From the NCBI GenBank assembly GCA_040285825.1, contig JAUPSS010000002.1, forward strand, positions 1,054,001-1,118,000: a stretch of 64,000 bases of DNA, read 5' to 3'. This document shows positions 25,263 through 36,879 of this stretch, piece by piece (the stretch's first letter is position 1; each line of letters opens with the position of its first letter). The notes under the pieces were generated by a model that saw only the letters and a list, made by a program, of their open reading frames with translations, was not told where the DNA came from and ran no database searches. Origin of the DNA: Eukaryota sp. TZLM1-RC (Eukaryota > Protista > Metamonada: BaSk clade). A program made the position numbers and the translations under genes.

Positions 25263-26659
25263 AAAAATAGAGAAACATATCAATTTTTTATTTTGAAAAT
25301 TTGTTATTCCGGAAAAATTACTCACTTATTGTAATCGACAGCACCATCTTTGTCTATTAATTTTTGTCCATCATTTAATCAACTTCGTGTAACTTTCTTT
25401 GCTTCCCAATTAGAAGTAAATCCTGATCTAATTCGAGCCCACTTGTTCTCGTCTTCACAATTTGGTGGTATTGGCTTTACTAAATCTTCAATTCTTTGTC
25501 AAACAGCTTTTTGGTGGTGGCAAAAATTTTATTTTTGAATTTCTCAATCGTTTTCCTGAAGATAGCCATTTGCTTAGTCCATCATTTTCAAAATATTTGT
25601 ATGACCTTGTTGTTGCTATAAATAAAATTGTACCAGAAATTTGGTGTTAATGTTTTCCCGACTCAGTTCAAGAGATTCATCTACGAAATTTAGTTAATTT
25701 AAGGTATTGTGTGAAGAAGCTTTAACCAAAACTGACAGTAATATTTGAAGGCTTGGATTATGAAGTACGTTTTGGCATGGCCAAACAAAAAAATCCCGCT
25801 TTTGCAAATCTTTTACTGGATGTTTGTAAAAGTTCTGCGTCTTGTTTAATTAATCATGTACTAAGAATTTTTGGTTTGTTTCTAGTTGACCCTTTTTTTT
25901 CATTATCTATGCGTCTTCGATCTTTTATTTGGGCTGATAATCTTCCCTATGGTTTAATTTGTAAATGTGGAAAGACTGTCACTCCAACCCATTTGTTTAA
26001 CTGTAATCGTTTTATTACTTTTAGATCAAAAGTGCATGATGCAGTCCGTGATCAGCTCTATTGTATGTTTAAGTCTTACAAGATCGAATCCTTTTTAGAA
26101 CCTTTGCTTTCAAATGTGGCTGATGAAGCTGACAGAAATTCTTTTGGTGACAGCCGCGGTGATGTGTTAGTTCCCGGTCTTGATGGATCAATGATCATTA
26201 TTGACGTCAGATCTACTGATGTATCAAACAGCTCAAATAAAAAATTCGCACCATCTTATAGTTCACCTTTACGTAGCGCTGAAGAAGCGAAAATTATCAA
26301 ATATACTGAAAAAATCAATAATCTGAATTCCAACTCACATACTCAATACATTCTTTGTCCTTTTGCTTTTTATTTAATTGGAACCTTGGGTAATACTGCG
26401 TTATCTTTTATAGACGATTTTTCATCTATTGTCAAAAACAGAACTGGAAGAATATTTGACCGAACCTTTTGGCAAAATAGAATTGTATTTTCTATTTTTA
26501 AAGGAATGCATAGTCTTGTTTCTAGCTCGTTGTTATCACTAGGAAGATTTCATGAAGAAAATGATGTAGGTAAATTTTCGATGGTAGATGTGGAGTTTGA
26601 GGAAATTGATTTTTAGTTTTTAATAGTTTCTTTTGAATAAAATAATAAATAAAAAAAGT

Positions 26660-27210
26660 TCTGTCAAAACAATTTGTCAACAATTCTTCCTGTTAGTTGT
26701 TTCACATTTTCAACAAAATCATCCAAGAAAGATAAAGTAAGTGGTCCAAGCGTGCCATGTAGGGAAAAAGCAAATGGGCAAAGGGCATAAAGAGTATGCG
26801 ATTCAGCATTTAAGGATGTCAACTTTGCTTTATATATATCAATTTTAGAATATTCGGCAACGGACAGCGGATTCTTGTGTTTTGACTGAGCTAATGGTAT
26901 GAAAGAATTATTACACACATCAGTGGATCCCACATCAGTAATAATGGTAGTACCTTCAAGTCCTTCAAGCACTCAATCACCTCTATTTCGACCAAACAAA
27001 TTCAAAGTGACTTCATCAACCAAACGAGAGAGTAATGGTTCTAAATAGGAAACAATTCTGTGTGACTTTGACATGCAATAGAGTTGATCAGTAACTGCAT
27101 CTTGGATTTTTGATCAGAGAGTAATAAAGTGTTTACAATTAACAAGATGATTGGAGAAATTTTTGATCCACATTTGCACATCAAATTATGAGGCAGGTTA
27201 TCGAGCCAAT
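26660..27210 (-). mobile_element. Family B retrotransposon fragment
   Basis: LEGLEGTTIITDV...KIDIYK...CPFAFSLHG; similar to 43810-44340. Confidence 0.85.
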
Positions 27211-27656
27211 AAGCAGTGTAAAAAGAAGTTGAACACAGTTGTTACTAGTTGAAATAATTCGAAGGTTTTTGCATAGTTTTCAGGTAGAGATGGGAAAATA
27301 CTTGATTCAAACTAGAAATTGAACTTGGGTTGTGTCAACTCAAGTGGGAATCAGGAAGCAATACGAATTTTCGAATAGCATTTTGTCCAACTCACGTTCA
27401 ATGAACTCGATTCAAAGTGATCTCAATGATTGGTTCAGGAGACTGCTCATCTTATTTTTGCTCCCATGCAACATAATCGGAATGTTGGTGCTGTTGTCCT
27501 TGCTGACATGGTTTGTTATAACTGGTCATCATTGTTGGTTGAGAAAAATTATCACCATATGTCATTACCACCAGGAGAGAACAAACAAAATCAGTTAAAA
27601 GCTTTTTTGTGGTGTTTTCTTATAGATGGCAATTTGATTTTGGTATTTTCAAACAA

Positions 27657-27727
27657 CAAAAACTTGGTCCCTCTACATCAACGTAAAGGATTCTATTATT
27701 GCATTGTTACAGACATTATCTGTAAAA
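27657..27727 (+). other. Fanzor F3-type 3' terminal sequence (putative omegaRNA scaffold or element end) abutting the PMM start codon
   Basis: Aligns over about 70 nt with 39012-39082. Ends in the hairpin TTACAGA-CATTA-TCTGTAA. Confidence 0.75.
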
Positions 27728-28462
27728 ATGACCAGAAGTACTCTCATATTGTTTGACATTGATGGCACTCTTACACCTGCACGAGACTCTGCCTCACCTG
27801 AAATGCTCTCTCTTCTGCAGTCTTTGCGAAAGCGTTACACTGTCGGTATTGTGGGAGGAAGTGATGCTGAAAAACAGAAAGAACAACTAGGCCCATCCGT
27901 GCACTTAGATTATGACTATGTTTTTGCTGAAAATGGTCTTGTTGCATACAAAGATGGTACATTATTCCATGAAGGATCCATGGTTAATTTTCTTGGTGAA
28001 CAACGGATGCAAACACTTATAAACTCCATTCTGTTAGAGTTGTCGAAGATTGAATTACCATTTAAGAGAGGAACCTTTATTGAATTTAGAACAGGGATGT
28101 TGAATGTGTCACCTGTAGGGAGGAGTGTATCATCTGAGGAAAGACTAGCATTTTACAAGTATGATCAACAGCATCACATTAGGGAAAAACTTATTGACAT
28201 TCTTAAAGATATCTTTGCAGGTTGGGGACTGTGTTTTTCAATTGGAGGTCAAGTGTCATTTGATGTGTTCCCACAAGGATGGGATAAGACGTATTGTTTG
28301 CAGTTTTTGAACGAATACAAAGATATTCACTTTTTTGGGGACAAAACGTCTCCTGGAGGAAATGATTATGAGATTTATTCTCATCCAAATGTACACGGAC
28401 ACTCAGTTACTAGTCCAGATGATACTGTTCAACAGCTGAAATCTTTGTTTGAATTTGAATAA
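27728..28462 (+). CDS. PMM: Phosphomannomutase (HAD family)
   Basis: FDIDGTLT, VGGSD, FAENGL, KRGTFIEFRTGMLNVSPVGR, GGQVSFDVFPQGWDKTYCL, FFGDKTSPGGNDYEI. Confidence 0.97.
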   Translation: MTRSTLILFDIDGTLTPARDSASPEMLSLLQSLRKRYTVGIVGGSDAEKQKEQLGPSVHLDYDYVFAENGLVAYKDGTLFHEGSMVNFLGEQRMQTLINSILLELSKIELPFKRGTFIEFRTGMLNVSPVGRSVSSEERLAFYKYDQQHHIREKLIDILKDIFAGWGLCFSIGGQVSFDVFPQGWDKTYCLQFLNEYKDIHFFGDKTSPGGNDYEIYSHPNVHGHSVTSPDDTVQQLKSLFEFE

Positions 28463-28478
28463 ACTTTATGTATGTGTA

Positions 28479-28805
28479 TTATAATTGTAGCAACTCTACA
28501 AGAGTTCTTTCGACAATAAGCCAAGTTTCATATTCATGAGTGGTTAGGTTACCAGATATCGTGATAGGAATCGAGAATCGTTTACTTAATCTACACGCCA
28601 TATCGTTGACGAATCCTGAATCGTCGCTTCCTATGAGAGTGGTAACAGAAGAAGATTCATCATCTCGTCTAGAGGGGAAGCTTTGAGACAACAAAACCAT
28701 ATCCGATGTTGACCCAAACCAACAAAATGCAGATTTGTCAAGTCGAGAGACCATACATGATATAATCTGGTCGTTGAAGTTGAGTTGTTTCGTATGTGTT
28801 TGCAT
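28479..28805 (-). CDS. PSMG4: Proteasome assembly chaperone 4-like protein
   Basis: SAFCWFG...TTLIG...MACRLSKRFSIPITISGNL...VERTL pattern; 108 aa. Confidence 0.7.
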   Translation of the reverse strand: MQTHTKQLNFNDQIISCMVSRLDKSAFCWFGSTSDMVLLSQSFPSRRDDESSSVTTLIGSDDSGFVNDMACRLSKRFSIPITISGNLTTHEYETWLIVERTLVELLQL

Positions 28806-29137
28806 CCACTATAACAAATATTGATATAATAAGAATAATAAACACAGATGACCCAATCTATTGAGTGAATCAATTGTTTTTGTTTTTATTAACAGGGAAA
28901 AAACTGGGCTACAGCTACTTGGAACCAATTCACCTATACCAGATGATTCTCACAACATTGGTTGTTTTAACATGTTTAGCATATAAGATCGACAATGTGC
29001 AAACAAGAACGATAGGACACTGTAAGGTGATTAGTGACGAAATAATAATCACCAGAATGGGCAAATAATAAAATTCCAAGTCATACGTGAATTAATTTAT
29101 GAATTGCTTATTTAAAACTAAATATACTAAAATAAAA

Positions 29138-30724
29138 CTAAATTTTTCTACTTCTCTTGACGTTTTTCTTTATAGACCCAGACTCACCACTATAATTGCT
29201 ACGATCGCCTTTAACTCTTCTCTTTCCAGAATCACTCTTTTTCTTTTTCTTATCATATTGTCCCCTGTATTTAACTCTTGGGTTCCTACTGGCTTTGGAG
29301 TGATGGGCTGTGAGACCTTTATTCTTATTGATTTCCCAAGAAGTCTTTCTCCTTCCGTCAGCTTCTTGATCCATCTCTGGCAACTGTGGGGTATAATTTG
29401 AGTCCAAATCGTCTTCGATATCAGACAACTCGTCATCAACATCATCCAATTTCCCTTCTTCATTGTCAGAAAACCCACCAAATCTCTCCAAATCACCCTC
29501 TTCGATTCTTGATTGTTTCAAAGATCTTGGCTCAGAGTACGGAAGGTCAGCATCAGGATTGAGGTTGGGTTTCTTTGATTTCGAACCAAGAAGTTGACTA
29601 AATTGTCTCTTCTTCCCTGCAGTACCATCAATCAAATTTGATTCCTCTTCCAGCAAATCAGCCAAATCATCAGTAAATTCCATATTAGTAACCCCTTCCA
29701 ATCCATTTTTGACCCTCTTCTTCTTCTTTCCCTTGTTAACACGGGTCATGAGCTCTTCTTCAGCCGCTTCATGTTCCAGATCAGCAGCTAGAGCCTCGCG
29801 GTCAATGTTAACTAAACTTTCCACCTCTTCTGGGGCCTCAGTAAACTCGTAAGAAAGTTCTTTAAACATTTTAGACTTTCGAACTCTTGCTTGTTGTTGC
29901 TTCTCTAATAGTTCTTGTTTTTCTTGTTCCATAAGTTCCATTCCAGAAATGCGTGGTGGTCTGTAGACTTCTGATGACCCCTCATCATTGCTGACGTCAT
30001 CAAGATCAGAATCTGCTTGACTCATTTCATCTTCCTCAATCATAGCGTCAGGATTTGGTTTAAGGTGTTCTTCAGTTGATTGGTGCTTACTGGCACCCAA
30101 AATTCTATTTATAGTGTGTTTTACTCGAGATTCAAGGTCAATCGTTCGCTCCAAGTAAAGTCTAAGAGTGATTAACTGCTTAACCACAGGATGATTGGCG
30201 ACTGGTTTGTTTCTAATCTTGAGTAGCAAATAGAAAGTGCAGTTCATACAATAGTTGAGGAGTAAGTGGTATTTAGTGGTGAGAAGGGAGATTCCCTGCT
30301 CTAGATCTTCAGAATGAGGTGATGATTTGTCCAAATGTTCTCGAAGAAGCTTAGCTTCCTTCAGGAGTTCAGCCACACGTTGTCTAGTAGAAACTAGGTT
30401 AGATTTGAGGGAAGCTAAAAGTTTGGGGAGTTCAAGGGCATCAGATTCCTTGAAAGAAGGTTCCTGGGAAGTAGATGTGGTAGGAAGAACAGCAGTTCCA
30501 GTGTGATCTGTTGAGTTGGAAGCAGAGAGGGAAGACTTTGAGACAAGAGCGATGGGTTCAAAATCGTCATCATCAAGCATAGAAACCTGCTGCTCACGAA
30601 TACGAGCAGCTTCAATAGCTTCTAATTCTTCAGGGTCTTCATCAGAAGAGCTCATTTCAGCATCAGCATTCCCCTGATAGTAAGAGCTCTTCTTCCTGCC
30701 CCAATCTTGTTGATGATCACTCAT
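29138..30724 (-). CDS. UTP3: SSU processome protein Sas10/Utp3
   Basis: WGRKKSSYY, KYHLLLNYCMNCTFYLLLK...NHPVVKQL, YRPPRI and C-terminal NKGLT...RNPRVKYR...YSGESGSIK. Confidence 0.93.
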   Translation of the reverse strand: MSDHQQDWGRKKSSYYQGNADAEMSSSDEDPEELEAIEAARIREQQVSMLDDDDFEPIALVSKSSLSASNSTDHTGTAVLPTTSTSQEPSFKESDALELPKLLASLKSNLVSTRQRVAELLKEAKLLREHLDKSSPHSEDLEQGISLLTTKYHLLLNYCMNCTFYLLLKIRNKPVANHPVVKQLITLRLYLERTIDLESRVKHTINRILGASKHQSTEEHLKPNPDAMIEEDEMSQADSDLDDVSNDEGSSEVYRPPRISGMELMEQEKQELLEKQQQARVRKSKMFKELSYEFTEAPEEVESLVNIDREALAADLEHEAAEEELMTRVNKGKKKKRVKNGLEGVTNMEFTDDLADLLEEESNLIDGTAGKKRQFSQLLGSKSKKPNLNPDADLPYSEPRSLKQSRIEEGDLERFGGFSDNEEGKLDDVDDELSDIEDDLDSNYTPQLPEMDQEADGRRKTSWEINKNKGLTAHHSKASRNPRVKYRGQYDKKKKKSDSGKRRVKGDRSNYSGESGSIKKNVKRSRKI

Positions 30725-30778
30725 GTAACACAGAAAAAATACACTTGAATTGAAATTATATATTGTTCAATTAATTCA

Positions 30779-32941
30779 ATGTTGGATTTGATACATATTG
30801 CTCAACAGCAGTGTGCCCATGTCGCTGTAACAGAGCTTAATGGTCTCGTTACGTCTACTACAGAAACTGCTTCCAGTGCCCCAGTTTCAAATGCATGTTC
30901 TCTTCTGGATTTTCTTACTTCTATCTCAGGAGAACAACATCCTTTTGTTGTATACGTTCTCAGCAATACCCTCTTCAACCTTGTTCCGTCTGCTTTAAAT
31001 TGTTCGTCATTGCCTGCATCATTTCCCCCAAGGTTGAGCAGAATTTATGACAAGCTTCTCAATTTTTACTATACTTGCGTCACCAGTATAGATATGTCAA
31101 GATCTCAGTTTTGTGGTTTTGATAAGTTAATTCACAATCTCTTTTCGGCACTCTTTTGTGAACAAAACAACAGCAAATCTAGAATTTCAAATATTCTTTG
31201 CAGCATCATGTATTTAAGAGGTCATTTATCTCTCGTTTTGTCGGCAATTACAGACTCTTTTGACCTTTACTCGGCTTTTGACAAATTATTAAAATATTCA
31301 AGTGAATCTTTTAGGCTTAAATTAACCAAAACTTTGATTAATTTGAATGATTTTTCTTTCTGTCTGCCTGCTATAGGATGTGCTCATCTACATTTAATTA
31401 TACATTCAATCAAAATCAATAATTTAGCTCATTTAAAAGCACTGATTTCTTTTTGTGCAACAAATTATACTGAATTGTCTAATGAGCAAACAACTTCCTT
31501 AATAATTAATATTTCAAACAATTTGGATTTGAATCTCAATACGTTAACCAATATGCAACGGTTATTTGCATTCTGTATTTTATCTGGATTCATTTCGTTG
31601 CTAAAACACTATGAATCAATCACTATATCAAAAGTTCTGGCCAACATGAACAGCATATTAGCTTCAGGAGATACTTCTGATCGCCATCGCTCAATGATAG
31701 TTCTTGGTTGCATCAATCAAAATGCTTCCAACCATGATCAATTTGATTACATTTTTGATTTGGGAGATGATCTTTATGCATTTAAACACACTTTTTCTAT
31801 ATTCGATTACACTGCTGAGTTTCTCTGCCAATCCAACAGAGAAGATGATATCAATGATCCAGCTGAAGAGTTTTACAACAATGTCAAGGTTCAAAGTACA
31901 GAACCTGAAACACTTCCAAATAACTATAGTTCTATTTTCGACACACCGCGAGAGATTGGTTCACGGAATGTAACACTTAGAGAATGTCTTGATTTAGTAC
32001 ACAGTAGCAAGTTCAATGACTGGTCATATGGATTTAATAATCTTCCACATCTTACCAAAGAGTTTTCAGAGTCACTTGCTCACAGTCAGCATCTTGTTGA
32101 ACATTTGTTCAAAACAACCCTCAACATGGAGAATAAGTTTGGGGTAAGTTCATTTCTACCTACACTTTCAGCTACATTATCGAACGTTATCGTCGCTGCA
32201 CCTCATCGGACACCCCTACTTGTAAAATTCGGCCTGGCAGGAGATCATTCCACAAGTAAGATTATGGTGGTCATGAGTTCTCTGACGTCTGCTGTGAATA
32301 AATTATCGATTGAGCAAGTCAAAACAGCCCAAAGTACCAGTAGTTATTTAAAGCCGATGAGTGAGCCAAGACGTCGCCCAGAAAGAGCAGAGAAGGAGAT
32401 TCAGGAACGTCTCAAAAGAAGAACCAAATTCTTTAAAAGAAAGACAACTGAATCATTCAATTCACTCCTTTATCCATCATTTAATGCTCTTTTTTGGCCT
32501 ATTTTTAATCATTTTTCTTCACGTTCTAGGGAAATAGCTGCTGCTCTATCCGATGTGTCCCATTTTCAGTTCCCTCATTATTCCAGTATTATATCTGCTG
32601 TGTTGGGGTACTTTGGCGTTTTATGCTCATCAATTCCTTTGACGTTTGAAACTAAGGAGGCGTTTCAAAGTACTGCTGAAATGTCTATTCATTTGGCTAA
32701 ATTTAGGGGAAAGTCGAAGTATTTTGACAAATCCCTTTTTCTTTGCTTTGCTCTTTTATTGGGGTCAGTTAGTAATTTTACTGATTTAAAAACATTGTGT
32801 CCTTCAAATGATGATCTTGTCGTTGTTCAAAACTTACTCCTAGAGGGACTTCAATCTCCAGATGACAGAGTTCGTGATTCATGTGGAATGGGTTTATCGG
32901 TAATTTCCAAGGTCCGAAATGAGTTATCATTGGAAATATAA
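30779..32941 (+). CDS. TELO2: Tel2-like (TTT complex) helical-repeat protein
   Basis: LRECLDLV...NLPHLTK...LFKTTLNMENKF resembles the Tel2 conserved region; IQERLKRRTKFF; 720 aa. Confidence 0.6.
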   Translation: MLDLIHIAQQQCAHVAVTELNGLVTSTTETASSAPVSNACSLLDFLTSISGEQHPFVVYVLSNTLFNLVPSALNCSSLPASFPPRLSRIYDKLLNFYYTCVTSIDMSRSQFCGFDKLIHNLFSALFCEQNNSKSRISNILCSIMYLRGHLSLVLSAITDSFDLYSAFDKLLKYSSESFRLKLTKTLINLNDFSFCLPAIGCAHLHLIIHSIKINNLAHLKALISFCATNYTELSNEQTTSLIINISNNLDLNLNTLTNMQRLFAFCILSGFISLLKHYESITISKVLANMNSILASGDTSDRHRSMIVLGCINQNASNHDQFDYIFDLGDDLYAFKHTFSIFDYTAEFLCQSNREDDINDPAEEFYNNVKVQSTEPETLPNNYSSIFDTPREIGSRNVTLRECLDLVHSSKFNDWSYGFNNLPHLTKEFSESLAHSQHLVEHLFKTTLNMENKFGVSSFLPTLSATLSNVIVAAPHRTPLLVKFGLAGDHSTSKIMVVMSSLTSAVNKLSIEQVKTAQSTSSYLKPMSEPRRRPERAEKEIQERLKRRTKFFKRKTTESFNSLLYPSFNALFWPIFNHFSSRSREIAAALSDVSHFQFPHYSSIISAVLGYFGVLCSSIPLTFETKEAFQSTAEMSIHLAKFRGKSKYFDKSLFLCFALLLGSVSNFTDLKTLCPSNDDLVVVQNLLLEGLQSPDDRVRDSCGMGLSVISKVRNELSLEI

Positions 32942-32982
32942 AAACTCTTTATTTGTCTTGTAGTTTATTTTTCCAAAAAGTT

Positions 32983-33282
32983 TTAATCCGAAGTGGGATA
33001 GCTTTTGTTACCTGCTCTTCCATCTTTCATTACAAAATCGCCTTCGGGTTCATGTACTACCAGCTTTGCAGATGGTCGGGACTCCCAATTCACTTGTCTA
33101 TGAAAGTCATCTAAATGTACATTCTGAACAGCATCAATCTCGTATTGTCTGTATATCTTTGCTAGTTTTCGTGTATTTCGTTCTAGCTTGCGATGGCGTC
33201 CAGGCTTGGGACGAGTGTAATGTGTAGGTCTTTGGTTGGTGTCGATACCGAAACGAGGTGGTTGTTGGTGAAACTGGGGCAT
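32983..33282 (-). CDS. Small basic hypothetical protein immediately downstream of an LTR and PBS
   Basis: Open frame starting MPQFHQQ at ATG 33282 (alternative ATG 33366). No known motif. Confidence 0.45.
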   Translation of the reverse strand: MPQFHQQPPRFGIDTNQRPTHYTRPKPGRHRKLERNTRKLAKIYRQYEIDAVQNVHLDDFHRQVNWESRPSAKLVVHEPEGDFVMKDGRAGNKSYPTSD

Positions 33283-33402
33283 TGTAACAAAGTAGATACA
33301 TGAAACATGTTTAAGATCTTGTGTGAAACCGGCAAAAAGATATCTGGTAGATTGTTTTAGAAACATAGCTTTGCATTGCTCGACTTGGGCTCCAGTAACT
33401 AC

Positions 33403-33595
33403 TGAAATTAAAGTCAGTCAATAATACTTCTATTTAATAATTAAGTTTAATCCAGACATCACTATAGTATAAGTCATGATTAACATCAAAACTACATCAA
33501 TTCATATGACAAACTCCAACTACAGCAAATAACTACTGATGACGTGGTACTGACAAGGATAGATTAGTGATGGGTAACCATCACTAATAATTACA
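33403..33595 (-). mobile_element. LTR (193 bp) with adjacent PBS-like motif
   Basis: Minus strand reads TGTAATT...AATTTCA followed by GTAGTTAC-TGGAGCC, the same arrangement as the 5' LTR at 49820. Contains ATGACGTG and an 11-bp perfect hairpin ATTAGTGATGG-GTAA-CCATCACTAAT. Confidence 0.65.
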
Positions 33596-34976
33596 GAAAT
33601 TATGTCGTCTAAAGCTATGAGAAATAATTAATGAATGTATTGCTAAGTTTAATTGTTCTCATTTGTGCCTTTCACTTATCTACCTGAGACACTAAAAATA
33701 TAGAGATCAACAATTACACTGTCCGCAAAGAAATTTTTATATATTATTTACTAATATTGGCATTAGGTAATTAATTAATTTTCATCCCATTAGTTATGAG
33801 TTTAATTTTTTAAGTGTCCAAGTTCAATAAATTAATATTATATTTCAGTAATTAATTTCTATTATTTACAGAAAACTTTGAACAAGAACAAGAGACTAGA
33901 ATGGCTATCCTTATTGATGTTGTTTAAAAACTATAGTCCTCTACATGTGTAATTTAAAGTAAGTTTCCATTACAACCTATTGGTTGTCCACAAATGTTGA
34001 AATCGATATCATTCCAACAAAATGTGTCATTGTTTTTCCGCAATTAATGTACTATTTTCGATTTTAATATCAATTGTTTTATTTTGGACTGACCTTTAAA
34101 ACAGACACTGTTGTTGATTCACCGATAACTATAAAGATACCAGGGTGGCTGCAGAGTTTGTCGCTCTAGTATGCATCATCATAACTCTGTTCTATGAGGA
34201 GACAATGGACACTTCCCGTTTGTTGTTAAGAAATTGAAATCTCTGAGAAGTGTCAAGAGTTTAATACACAAAGGTGTCGGAGTTAGGAAAGCACAAGAGC
34301 AAAAACTAAAATGAGGAAGTCAAAATGACAAAAATAGTTTAATTGTGCTTCATTCTCTTTCTTCACATGCTGAGAGGGATAGTGTTCTTTTCCCTGTTCT
34401 TGATCAGGTTGAATATGATTCATATACCCGCTGCAGAACCAAATGCCAATTATATAAATACAAATAACGCTGACAGTGAAGACCAAAAAGAAGTATCTAA
34501 ATTTACTCTTAAAATAAATTAATTTCATGAATATTTAATAAATAATTATTGTAATCGTTACAATATGGAAAATATTTTATTTCAAGAACATTGCACAAAG
34601 ACTAAAAATGATTTATACTAGCAAAGCTAGGTTAATGAGGGTTGTAGAACAAACGATGTGTCACTAGTGGCACCCACTTTGTAGTGAAAAATCACAAACT
34701 GAATTAAGCTCGAATGAGAGTTTAGATTCTCAACTTCGTAGCACCATGTAACAATCGAGAAAAGGATGAAGAAGGACTTCAAACCTGACTCCGTTTATTT
34801 AACGATACTAAACTGCAGCCATCTAAAAGAACTCAACAAAGTAGGTTCCTTAGAATTTGATTTACTTAACTGTAGAAAGAATGAAGTATTTTGCAAAGTG
34901 ATAGTAGAAATAACTTTAAAATTAACTAAGCTTTATGGTACAATTAATATAGAATTGAAAGTCTTTCATTTCGCAA

Positions 34977-36830
34977 CTACTCAGTAACATCATCACTAAC
35001 CACCTCCTCTGACGGAATTGTACATTCTACATCATGCTGCTTTTCCAAAAGTTGCTTCTTCCCTAAACTATCAGATTCCAACCTCTGTTTCTCATTTTCC
35101 AGCTTTAATTGATTAAGTTCTTCAGAAAACTGAGCCTCTTTATCTACTAATTTCCCTTCCAATTCACTTATTTTCTCCAAAAGCTGCCCTTTTTCTGCTT
35201 CCAAATGGCCAATAGTTTCAAACTTATCCTCTTCAATTTCTAATGACAATCTTTTCACCTGTAATTTAAGATCACTGATAATAGCATTCTGAGCTACAGT
35301 TTTAGACCTTGTGTTTTCCAATTCCTTTTCCAGGGTTTGAATCTGCGAAAGTAACGCACCCTTCTCGCAAAGTCCTTCATTCTGAATGACTGGTTGCTCT
35401 GGTTTACTTTCTACGGATTCTAGACCATTTAGTCGTTCAAACAATGAATAGATTTCTTTTTTTAATTCTTTGATTTTAACATTTTCAGCCTCTTTTATGT
35501 TGAGAGGAATTGAAGACGACAGCTTATCTATAAGCAACTGTTGGCTTTTCAACAAATTATTCCAAATTCCCTCTCTCAACTTGAAGAAGTTAACCTTACT
35601 TACCACTTTTCGCAAAGAATTTCTCAACTGGTTGACATATTCCTGTTGAGATTCAATGCATCGAATAACTGTAGAGTCACGATGTTTGATATACCCACTC
35701 AACTCTTCTTGTGAGTAAGCCAGCTCCTGCCAAGCCAGTTCTAGCTTGGTTTGGAGGAAAGAGTTTTGATTGGACAAAGAAAGCTTTTGACTGGTCATTT
35801 CTTTTGTATAACTTGATTTGAGTCGTTCCAACTCAATGGAATGGTCACGAGATTGAGTTTTTAACCGTTCTTGCAGGTCATTAATCAATGACGACTGATT
35901 AATTTCCGAAAAGCGCAAAAGTCTGTTATAATTAACTAAACCGGAGAAATCTGTTTCAATTCCTTTAATAATCATAACTATTTCCGGCTGTGCCAAAAGT
36001 TGATTTAGTTGATGGTAAATATCATCGAAATTTGTTTCTAACAATGGCTCATTCACTTGAAGAGCTTGGTTATTGCTGGCTTCCCTACACTCCTCTATTT
36101 CAATCAAAAGTGATTGATTAGTATTTGATAGTTTAGAAACAGTATCCTCCAACCGTTCAATCTCTGCTTTGAGTGATTTATTTTCCACTTCAATTTCCAT
36201 AAGTGTACTTGGATCAACACCTCCAATCTTAGACTGCAGCTCTTTGATGTCCCTTCTCAATTGTGCATTCTCTTCTTTCAGCTCGTCTACTTCAAGATCA
36301 CCATTGTTAGACGAAGGGCATTCAGAGAGACTTGACTGTTGGGAAGTAGAGGAAAGGACAAAGCCAGTGGATGAAGCTAAATCCCGAGTAATGGATAGCG
36401 AACCACCCTTGACCAGAGCTTCAACTGACTGATTTGATTGAAGAAATGATGCAATGTTGTTGTTAATGGGATATTCAAAGTCCACGGTAAAGTCGATTGA
36501 AGTGGTGAGGGATTCAAGAAAGAAGAAGAGAACGAGGGCATTGTAAGATGCTCTGAATCTTCCCTTTTGAATGCCTGCTTTGTCTATGAGATTAGTGGGT
36601 ATACCAGATTGTTTGAGAGCATTAAAGATGGTTTCCCAATAAAGACTCTTATCATGTTCACTTCGAGCTGCATGGGCGGTGCGGAAAGTAGAGCTGACAA
36701 AGTTTGGGAACAGTTTGCCACAGACCCTGACCAGTGTAGAACCATCAGAGAGATCTTCAAATACAGAAACGTTGCGTTTAGTAGATGTTGTGATCCATTG
36801 AAGTAGGTCAGCCTTAGTGACTTTGGACAT
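34977..36830 (-). CDS. Calponin-homology domain plus long coiled-coil protein
   Basis: N-terminal KADLLQWI...FEDLSDGSTLVRVCGKLFP (EB1/Hook-like CH), followed by heptad-rich coiled coil. Confidence 0.8.
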   Translation of the reverse strand: MSKVTKADLLQWITTSTKRNVSVFEDLSDGSTLVRVCGKLFPNFVSSTFRTAHAARSEHDKSLYWETIFNALKQSGIPTNLIDKAGIQKGRFRASYNALVLFFFLESLTTSIDFTVDFEYPINNNIASFLQSNQSVEALVKGGSLSITRDLASSTGFVLSSTSQQSSLSECPSSNNGDLEVDELKEENAQLRRDIKELQSKIGGVDPSTLMEIEVENKSLKAEIERLEDTVSKLSNTNQSLLIEIEECREASNNQALQVNEPLLETNFDDIYHQLNQLLAQPEIVMIIKGIETDFSGLVNYNRLLRFSEINQSSLINDLQERLKTQSRDHSIELERLKSSYTKEMTSQKLSLSNQNSFLQTKLELAWQELAYSQEELSGYIKHRDSTVIRCIESQQEYVNQLRNSLRKVVSKVNFFKLREGIWNNLLKSQQLLIDKLSSSIPLNIKEAENVKIKELKKEIYSLFERLNGLESVESKPEQPVIQNEGLCEKGALLSQIQTLEKELENTRSKTVAQNAIISDLKLQVKRLSLEIEEDKFETIGHLEAEKGQLLEKISELEGKLVDKEAQFSEELNQLKLENEKQRLESDSLGKKQLLEKQHDVECTIPSEEVVSDDVTE

Positions 36831-36879
36831 TTATCAAAAGATTGCAAATATTGAATTATTAATTTATTATAATAAATAA

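Larger units (their letters stand above)
19960..26655 (+). mobile_element. Degenerate CRE-like non-LTR retrotransposon family C, split by nested insertions
   Basis: Collinear pieces at 19960-20285, 21589-22535 (PKGKAAGPSG, KQGDPLGP, YMDD) and 25265-26616 (CKCG..HLFNC, SRGDV, KIIKY), followed by an A-rich tail. Confidence 0.85.

Noticed and set aside
28860-29090. Intergenic stretch as a possible ncRNA or small gene; tRNA/rRNA/snRNA anywhere in the window
   Set aside because: No recognisable tRNA, rRNA or snRNA motifs by eye. An Infernal or tRNAscan run is needed.
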